Shown: piece after piece, positions 9,181-15,982 of the stretch
Numbering within the stretch: the stretch's first letter is position 1
Layout of the letters: each line of letters starts with the position of its first letter
Assembly (NCBI RefSeq): GCF_000172995.2
Contig: NC_014731.1
Coordinates: 60,001 to 92,000 of the forward strand
Length of the DNA stretch: 32,000 nt
Reading direction: 5' to 3'
Origin: Halogeometricum borinquense DSM 11551
GTDB lineage: Archaea; Halobacteriota; Halobacteria; Halobacteriales; Haloferacaceae
Notes under the pieces: generated by a model
The model's input: the letters and a program-made list of their open reading frames with translations, nothing else
What the model was told of the DNA's origin: nothing
Database searches by the model: none
Program-made: the position numbers and the translations under genes

Positions 9181-9204
9181 TGGTCCTCACTGTTACGGCA
9201 ACAT

Positions 9205-10485
9205 ATGACACGCCACGACGAAGCGATCGAGGACGCGAGGGCGGTGGACGACGCGTTCAGCGTCCGCGAGAACATCTTCCTACAGGAGAGCCTGCTCGAC
9301 GTTTGTTACGTCCCCGGCCCTGACCGAATCGTCGGGCGGAACGAAGAGATTCGCCGCCTCGCCGGCTCTCTGAGTCCGGCAACCGTCGGCGATTCGCCGA
9401 ACAACGTCTTCCTCTACGGAAAAACGGGGACCGGCAAGTCGCTCTGTGCGAAGTACGCGACCAAACGGACCGTAGAGGCGGCCGTAGAGAACGATATCAC
9501 CGTCGGACGCGTCGTGGTCGATTGTTCGCAGGAAGATACGGAAACACGCGCCGTCAGATGTATCGCCCGTGAACTAAACGACCCCGAAGAGACCGATATC
9601 GTGATTCCCGAAACGGGACTCGGTCGGTCCCGGTACTACACGCTCCTCTGGGACGTTCTCGATTCGCGCTTCGACGTGGCGTTCATCGTTCTCGACGAAA
9701 TCGACCACCTCGAAACCGACGACATTCTCATGCAACTCTCGCGGGCGGCGGAATCAGAGAAGATTTCGCGCTGTGCGCTCGGGATCATCGGAATCAGCAA
9801 CAAGATTGGCTACCGCGACCGCCTACAAGAGCGCGTCAAGAGCAGCTTACAGGAACGAGAAATCGTGTTTGCACCGTACGGGAGAGACAAACTCCGCGAG
9901 ATACTCCGGTCACGGGCGGACGCGTTCCAGACGGATACGCTCTCGAACGAGGTCATCACCGAGTGTGCCACGCTGGCGGCCGAAGAACACGGTGACGCCC
10001 GGAAGGCGATAGACCTCCTGCGACACGCGGGCGAAGTCGCCCGGAGCAACGGGGAAACCGCCGTCGGCGTCGATCACGTACGGGAGGCGAACGAACTCGC
10101 CGAACGCGACCGGTTCCGCGAACTGCTCGCCGGAGCGACCGACCAGCAGAAGGCGACGCTTCTGTCCGTCGTCCTCTTGGCCCTCTCGGAGAAGACGCGG
10201 ACCTTCAAGACTCCCGAGATATACACCGCCTACGAGGAAATCTGCGCCGACACCGGTCTCGAAGTACTGTCGAAGCGTCGCGTTCACGACCTGCTGCGCG
10301 AGTGGGAGTTCCTCGAAGTCCTCGATATCGTCCGAACCGGTGACGGCCGCGCCCGCGGAAGCTACCTCGAACACCACTTGGTCGAAGACCCGTCAGTCAT
10401 CCGGTCGGTGTTCAACGAAGACGGTCGATTCTCCGGCGTCGGGTTTGCCGCCGGTCCGAGCACGAACACGTGGTCGAATATCTGA
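9205..10485 (+). CDS. orc1: Orc1/Cdc6 family replication initiator protein
   Basis: N-terminal LDVCYVPGPDRIVGRNEEI, Walker A GKTGTGKS, Walker B IVLDEIDHL, AAA+ lid (GDARKAIDLLR) and a C-terminal winged-helix region. TATA-like TTTATCA (9174..9180) lies 24 nt upstream of the ATG. Confidence 0.92.
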   Translation: MTRHDEAIEDARAVDDAFSVRENIFLQESLLDVCYVPGPDRIVGRNEEIRRLAGSLSPATVGDSPNNVFLYGKTGTGKSLCAKYATKRTVEAAVENDITVGRVVVDCSQEDTETRAVRCIARELNDPEETDIVIPETGLGRSRYYTLLWDVLDSRFDVAFIVLDEIDHLETDDILMQLSRAAESEKISRCALGIIGISNKIGYRDRLQERVKSSLQEREIVFAPYGRDKLREILRSRADAFQTDTLSNEVITECATLAAEEHGDARKAIDLLRHAGEVARSNGETAVGVDHVREANELAERDRFRELLAGATDQQKATLLSVVLLALSEKTRTFKTPEIYTAYEEICADTGLEVLSKRRVHDLLREWEFLEVLDIVRTGDGRARGSYLEHHLVEDPSVIRSVFNEDGRFSGVGFAAGPSTNTWSNI

Positions 10486-10538
10486 ACGGGGCATGTAGAG
10501 GGAAGTTTTAATAGCGAGACATGCGCACCGCGACAGTG

Positions 10539-11537
10539 ATGCAACGAGTTGGCTTAGTCGGGAGTGGCCTCATGGCTACGACCCACGCTAACAGCTACCA
10601 GGAAGTAGACGACGCCGAAGTGGTCGCCGTCGCCTCCCACGGGGAGAATCGAGACGAATTTGCCGCCGAACACGCACCCGGAGCGGACGTGTACTACGAC
10701 CCCGAGGAGATGATGGATGATGCGGACGTGACCGTCATCGACGCCTGTACGCCGACGCCGACACACAGGCCGTTGATAGAGGCCGCAGCGGACCGCGGAC
10801 TCGACGTGTTCTCCGAAAAGCCGATGGCTCGGACGGTCGAGGACGCAGAGGCCGTTGTAAACGCCGTCGAGGAGTCTGGAATCACGTTCATGACGGGACA
10901 CGTCCTGCGATTCTTCCCGGAGTACGCCGAGGCGAAGCGCCGCATCGACGACGGTGAAATCGGGACGCCCGGAACCCTTCGTGCAGAACGACTGTCGAGT
11001 CCACCACGCTACGGCACGGAAAACTGGTTCAGCGACAAAGCCCAAAGCGGTGGTGTGCTCCTCGATATGGCTATCCACGACTTCGATTTCCTCCGGTGGG
11101 TCGCAGGCGACGTCGAACGCGTGTTCACCCGGACGGCAGAGTGGGATAACGACCACCTCCACCAACACGCCGCTGTCCACCTCCGCTTCGAGGACGGCAC
11201 CGTCGGGCAGGTCGAAACGTCGTGGGCCTACCCAGAGGACACACCCTTTACGACCGCCTACGAGTTCGCCGGCAGCGAAGGCATGCTAGAGTTCGATAGC
11301 CGGGACGAACACTCGATCCGTATTTCCGGCACCGCAGACGACGCGAACGTCCCGGCAAGTGCGTTGAAAACGAGTCCGTACACGGCCGAACTCAGACACT
11401 TCGTGGACTGTCTGGAGAACGGCACCGAACCCAAAATATCGCCAGAAGACGCCCGCGAAGCGGTTAAGATCTCGCTCGCAGCCATCGAGTCCGGCGAGCG
11501 CGGTGAACCCGTCGAGCTCTCGGAGGTGGGCGCATGA
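10539..11537 (+). CDS. Gfo/Idh/MocA family oxidoreductase (copy A)
   Basis: VGLVGSGLMA fingerprint, FSEKPMA, D-x3-H (LDMAIHDFDF). ATG 10539 (MQRVGLVG...) is preferred over 10521 because TTTAATA (10507..10513) lies 25 nt upstream. The stop overlaps the next start (ATGA). Confidence 0.85.
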   Translation: MQRVGLVGSGLMATTHANSYQEVDDAEVVAVASHGENRDEFAAEHAPGADVYYDPEEMMDDADVTVIDACTPTPTHRPLIEAAADRGLDVFSEKPMARTVEDAEAVVNAVEESGITFMTGHVLRFFPEYAEAKRRIDDGEIGTPGTLRAERLSSPPRYGTENWFSDKAQSGGVLLDMAIHDFDFLRWVAGDVERVFTRTAEWDNDHLHQHAAVHLRFEDGTVGQVETSWAYPEDTPFTTAYEFAGSEGMLEFDSRDEHSIRISGTADDANVPASALKTSPYTAELRHFVDCLENGTEPKISPEDAREAVKISLAAIESGERGEPVELSEVGA

Positions 11538-12571
11538 ACGTCAAAATCGGAATCTGTTCGACTGCGCATCTGCATGCTGATTCGTACGCGGCCTGTCTTC
11601 GAGAGAGCGATGCCGAGTTTGTCGGCGTCACTGAACACGATGACAGAGCGGACGACGCGCAGGCGAAAGCCGCGGAATACGGCGTTGATTTCTACGAACC
11701 GGACGAGTTACTCGAACGGGTCGATGGCGTCGTCGTCTGTTCGACGAACGCCGCCCACCGAGACTGGGTCGAGCATGCGGCCGACGCCGGCGTGGATATT
11801 CTCTGTGAGAAACCGCTCGCGCCATCCATCGAAGACGCCGAACAGATGGTCGAGACGTGCCGCGAGGCGGACGTCCATCTCGGAGTGGCGATGCCACTTC
11901 GGTTCAACCAACCCGTTAGAAACGCGAAGACGGCGCTCGAAGACGACGCACTCGGCGAACTACGGTTCCTCAGCGGGACGAATCGCGGACAGATGCCCGG
12001 TGGATGGTTCGCTGACCCAGAGCAGGCGGGCGGCGGCGCGGTGACGGACCACTCCGTCCACTTGGTCGATGCGGTACGGTGGATGACCGGCGAAGAGGTA
12101 GCCGAAGTGTACGCCGAGACGGGAACGCGATTCCACGATATTGCCGTCGAGGACGTGAACGTGCTATCGATGGAACTTACGGATGGAACCGAGTTTGTCC
12201 TCGACGGGTCGTGGAGTAAACCCGACGAGTGGGACAACTGGGGCGACGCAACGCTCCGTCTCGTCGGCACAGAGGGTGTCGTCTCCATCGACTGCTTCGG
12301 GCAGACGATCAAACAGACGCGCGACACGGACGACGACCCCGGGATCCGCTCTGTGTTCTGGGGTTCGAATCCCGATGAAGGACTCGTCGAAGACTTCGTT
12401 CGCGCGGTCGAAGCGGACCGCCCGCCACTGAAGACAGGGGCGGACGCGCTCGAAGACGTAGCTGTTGTCGAGGCAGCGTACGAGTCCGCAGAACAGTCCG
12501 CTCCCGTCAGCGTCGAACGACCGACCCCGAAAGGGAGAGTCGTCAGCGACGGAAGCGGAACCGAGGAGTGA
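11534..12571 (+). CDS. Gfo/Idh/MocA family oxidoreductase (copy B, variant GICSTAH fingerprint)
   Basis: N-terminal KIGICSTAHLH in place of GxGxxG, CEKPLA, DHSVH. It is a clear paralogue of the convergent gene at 12626..13621. 4-nt ATGA overlap with copy A. Confidence 0.85.
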   Translation: MNVKIGICSTAHLHADSYAACLRESDAEFVGVTEHDDRADDAQAKAAEYGVDFYEPDELLERVDGVVVCSTNAAHRDWVEHAADAGVDILCEKPLAPSIEDAEQMVETCREADVHLGVAMPLRFNQPVRNAKTALEDDALGELRFLSGTNRGQMPGGWFADPEQAGGGAVTDHSVHLVDAVRWMTGEEVAEVYAETGTRFHDIAVEDVNVLSMELTDGTEFVLDGSWSKPDEWDNWGDATLRLVGTEGVVSIDCFGQTIKQTRDTDDDPGIRSVFWGSNPDEGLVEDFVRAVEADRPPLKTGADALEDVAVVEAAYESAEQSAPVSVERPTPKGRVVSDGSGTEE

Positions 12572-12625
12572 AAATCGGGACATCGACCGACGAAAGACCC
12601 CCAACCGAGAATCAACCACAGGGCG

Positions 12626-13621
12626 TCAGATAACGCTGGTATCGACTTCGACCGGTTCGCCTCGTTCAGCAGATTCATACGCCGCTTCCATGACGGCAAC
12701 CGTCGCCACGGCGTCCGATAGCGTCGTCTGTGGTTGGCGGCCGGTTCGAACTGACTCAGCGAAGTCTCGTAACAGTTCGATGTTCGGGTCCGCACCCCAG
12801 TAGATAGATTCGACGCTCCGGTCCTGTTTCGTATCCTGCACGTGCGTACACCGCTGGCCGAAGCAGTCGGCCGAGAGCGTTCCGTCGGTGCCGACGAATT
12901 CAACGCGTGCGTCCCCCCAGAACGGGTTTTTCAGCGGTGTACTCCACGATCCGTCGAGGACGAACGACGCGCCGTTCGAGAGCGTCATCGACAGCAGATT
13001 CACGTCTTCGACCGGAATGTCGTAAAATCGCGTATCGAGTTCGGCGTACACGTCTTCGACTTCCTCGTTCGTTATCCAGCGAACCACGTCGATGATGTGG
13101 TCAGTGTGGTCCATGACGGCCCCGCCGCCCGCGAGTTCGGGGTTAGTGAACCACCCACCGGGCATCCGACCGCGGTTGACGCCTGAAACGGCGACCACGT
13201 CTCCGAGCGTGCCGTCTTCGTACGCTCGCTTGAGTCGGATCATTGGCCGACTACAACGAACGGGCATCGCCATTCCGGCGACGATACCGCTCTCGTCGCA
13301 CCGGTCTCGGAGACGTTTCGCCTCCGACAGCGACGTTGCGAGCGGTTTCTCCGTGAGAACCGCAACATCGTGAACCAGAGCCAAATCGAACAGTTCGCCG
13401 TGGATAGCCGTCGGCGAGCAGATAACGACGCCCTCGACGCTCCGCATCAGTTCCGACCGAGACATGGCTTTCGTCCCGACGGCGGACGCGCGGCGACGCC
13501 CCCGCTCGACGTTTTCATCCGAAATACCGACGAGTTCGACGTCTGAAAGTTTCGACAGCAGCGCTGCGTACACCTCAGCGTTGACGTGAGCGGTCGAACA
13601 GATACCGAGACGGACGGTCAT
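12626..13621 (-). CDS. Gfo/Idh/MocA family oxidoreductase (copy C, variant GICSTAH fingerprint)
   Basis: RLGICSTAHVN, TEKPLA, DHTDH. It shares long conserved blocks with copy B: MPGGWF, AGGGAV, VEDVN.LSM, FVLDGSWS, AYESAE. Confidence 0.85.
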   Translation of the reverse strand: MTVRLGICSTAHVNAEVYAALLSKLSDVELVGISDENVERGRRRASAVGTKAMSRSELMRSVEGVVICSPTAIHGELFDLALVHDVAVLTEKPLATSLSEAKRLRDRCDESGIVAGMAMPVRCSRPMIRLKRAYEDGTLGDVVAVSGVNRGRMPGGWFTNPELAGGGAVMDHTDHIIDVVRWITNEEVEDVYAELDTRFYDIPVEDVNLLSMTLSNGASFVLDGSWSTPLKNPFWGDARVEFVGTDGTLSADCFGQRCTHVQDTKQDRSVESIYWGADPNIELLRDFAESVRTGRQPQTTLSDAVATVAVMEAAYESAERGEPVEVDTSVI

Positions 13622-14589
13622 CGACTCACCTCACCCAGTTCGACCGGTCGTTCTTCGTCCATCGACGTGCGGACGGCGACGACGGTTCGCAATAGGTCGC
13701 CATCCGATCCGATGGCGGCCGGCGGTCGTTCGGCGCCGTGAAGTCGGTCAACGAACGCTCGGAGGAGGCGACCCCGGCAGTCATCCTCCGGCGGGTCCGG
13801 ATCGAGTGATCCATGTTCGTCTTTGAGCGCCGCGGACGCATCGTCCTCCGTGAACCGAAGTCGTCCGTGATCGCCCGCGTACTCGACCTCGACGCGCGAT
13901 TCTGGCGGGTCCGCTCGGCCCCACGTCGCTTCAACGGTTCCTCGACCGCCGTTGCGAAATCGCAGGAGGAGGTGGACGTGGGCGTACGAATCGCCGGTTC
14001 GTCGTCGTGCGAAGACGCGTTCGACCGGACCGAACGTCCAGTGGAGCGTATCTACGTCGTGTGAGACGACGTCGCAGAGGGCATCTTCGGGCGATGATGC
14101 GCGGTCGATTCCGAGATACGAGTCGTTCCATCCGACGCGGTCGAAGGGCGCGGTACGCTTCACTCGGGCGACACCGAGGGTCCCGATATCACCGGACTCG
14201 ACACCCCGTTGCAGTCGCTCGTAGAGGCGAGAGAACCGATGGGAAGAAGGCGCGTACAGCCATCCATCACCGTTCGACGCCAGTTCTTCGACACGTTCGA
14301 CCGTCTGCGTATCGAGCGCAACCGGTGGATCACACCGGACGGGAATCTCCTCGTCGAGTGCCGCCTCGACCGACTGTACGTGAGCGCTTCCGGGGCCGCA
14401 GACATCAACCGCGTCAGCCTCTGTCTCCGTGACCGCGTCGGACACCGACTCGAACGTCGGGATGGCAGTACCGGACGGCGGGTCGTCGAATCCGACCGCA
14501 GCGCAGACTGTCACATCCTCGAACCGGACGTACCGCTCGGCGTGGCCCCGGGCGGCCGGTTCGCGTCCGACGATGGCGATGCGTCGCAT
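13618..14589 (-). CDS. Divergent Gfo/Idh/MocA-like protein (copy D) lacking the canonical cofactor and EKP motifs
   Basis: 323 aa from ATG 14589 (MRRIAIVGREPAARGH...). TTATAAA (14612..14618, minus strand) lies 22 nt upstream, which supports this start over the ORF-track 14784. VRCDPP replaces the EKP motif, and D-x3-H (CDVVSHD) is retained. ATGA overlap with copy C. Confidence 0.65.
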   Translation of the reverse strand: MRRIAIVGREPAARGHAERYVRFEDVTVCAAVGFDDPPSGTAIPTFESVSDAVTETEADAVDVCGPGSAHVQSVEAALDEEIPVRCDPPVALDTQTVERVEELASNGDGWLYAPSSHRFSRLYERLQRGVESGDIGTLGVARVKRTAPFDRVGWNDSYLGIDRASSPEDALCDVVSHDVDTLHWTFGPVERVFARRRTGDSYAHVHLLLRFRNGGRGTVEATWGRADPPESRVEVEYAGDHGRLRFTEDDASAALKDEHGSLDPDPPEDDCRGRLLRAFVDRLHGAERPPAAIGSDGDLLRTVVAVRTSMDEERPVELGEVSR

Positions 14590-14611
14590 AGCTATACGTC
14601 CTCCACGATAG

Positions 14612-14618
14612 TTTATAA
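14612..14618 (-). promoter_or_regulatory. TATA-like box (TTATAAA) for Gfo/Idh/MocA-like copy D
   Basis: 22 nt upstream of ATG 14589 on the minus strand. Confidence 0.4.
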
Positions 14619-14723
14619 GCGTTCGCGAGACCGAAGACGAATTCAAACCGAAACAGAAGTAACGGAGGAGAAACCGGAACGCACCAGTGAACCACTCGAA
14701 GGCGATAGGGAACCGCCGCGAGG

Positions 14724-15935
14724 TTACGAGAGATTCTCTCGGATGCGTTCTGCGACGTACTGAGCCTCGTCGTCGGTGAGACACATCGGGTTGAGAACGA
14801 ACGTCGCATCAGCGAGAGCGTCCGCCCCGACAAACACGCGCGGATTCTCGCGTCGGAGTGCGAGGACGAGTTCCGCCGCCGTCATCCCCGCAGCGTCCTC
14901 GTCTACCGTGACGTGGAGGGCCGGGGCAACGTCCACTTTACCGCCGCCTACTGTCTCACAGGAGAGCGTGTCTACGTCAGTGAGTTCAGCGTCAAGAAGG
15001 GCAGTTCGGTCGGTCCACTCAGCAACCAGTTCGTCTTGATCCTCCTCCAAGAACAGTTCGAGCGCACGGATGAGGCCGACGAGTTCCTCTTTGCCGACTT
15101 TCAACGTCCGACCGATACCTTGTCGCGGAACGCCGTCGTAGGCCGACGGGTCGAGGAGGTCACGTGGCGGATCCCAAACTTCGGCGGCAGCGTGCATATC
15201 GAGATGCTGGAAGGCCGCAGATTCAATCAGGTCGGCGCGTCCGGCGAGGATACCCGTCGATTGCGGGCCGCGAATCGCCTTCCCGCCGCTGAAGACGACC
15301 AGATCAACGCCCGCGTCGATAAAGCGGGTGAGATTCGCCTTCGGTGGTACCTCCGCCGCAGCGTCCACAAGAACGGGAATGTCGTGCCGATGGGCGATTT
15401 CGACGACCTTCGAGAGTGGCGGCGTCGTGTACTCCTTCTGAAGATAGGCGATAGCGGCGGTATCTTCCGTGATTGCCGTCTCTATCTCCCATGGTTCGAT
15501 CGCCGCAGATCCAGTGCCGAGGTGTGGGTCGTTCGTTCCCACATCGACGATTGTCGCGCCGGCGGCCCGGATAGCGTGGTCGTAGCCAGTTCGGTGCGTC
15601 CGCGGCATGATGACTTCGTCCGGTCGGCCCTCGGTGTCGGGGAGGCGGTCCATCGCGGCTACGTCGTCACCTGCGATACACGCCGCCGTGCCGAGCGTCA
15701 TCGCGGCGGCCGCCCCGCTTGCGACGTAGCCCGCTTCGGCCCCGGTACAGTCAGTTATGAGTTCACTCGCTCGTGCCTGCAAGTCGGAGATACGGGCGAA
15801 CCCTTCGGCGGCGCGTGACATCGCTTCCACCGCCTCGGGTCGGATGAGGCTCCCGCCGATTCGTGTCTTCGTCCCCGCCGCGTTCACGACGCGCGGAACG
15901 CCAAGTTCGTCGTAGATGGATGAGTCACTCGTCAT
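14724..15935 (-). CDS. DgaE/SelA-like fold-type-I PLP-dependent enzyme (putative amino-sugar-acid ammonia-lyase)
   Basis: 403 aa. Features: an N-terminal IYDELGVPRVVNAAGTKTRIGGS block, VDAAAE, FSGGKAIRGPQSTG (presumptive Schiff-base Lys), and GIGRTLKVGKEE. From memory these match the D-glucosaminate-6-phosphate ammonia-lyase / SelA-like family. Confidence 0.75.
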   Translation of the reverse strand: MTSDSSIYDELGVPRVVNAAGTKTRIGGSLIRPEAVEAMSRAAEGFARISDLQARASELITDCTGAEAGYVASGAAAAMTLGTAACIAGDDVAAMDRLPDTEGRPDEVIMPRTHRTGYDHAIRAAGATIVDVGTNDPHLGTGSAAIEPWEIETAITEDTAAIAYLQKEYTTPPLSKVVEIAHRHDIPVLVDAAAEVPPKANLTRFIDAGVDLVVFSGGKAIRGPQSTGILAGRADLIESAAFQHLDMHAAAEVWDPPRDLLDPSAYDGVPRQGIGRTLKVGKEELVGLIRALELFLEEDQDELVAEWTDRTALLDAELTDVDTLSCETVGGGKVDVAPALHVTVDEDAAGMTAAELVLALRRENPRVFVGADALADATFVLNPMCLTDDEAQYVAERIRENLS

Positions 15936-15982
15936 ACGAGCACGGACGAACCCACACCGCCCCCGTCAATAAGTCATTCGCG

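Noticed and set aside
14724-15935. SelA-like protein as evidence for selenocysteine machinery.
   Set aside because: The window has no SelB, SelD, tRNA-Sec or in-frame TGA candidate. The sequence blocks match the DgaE-type lyase branch better, and the context is sugar metabolism.
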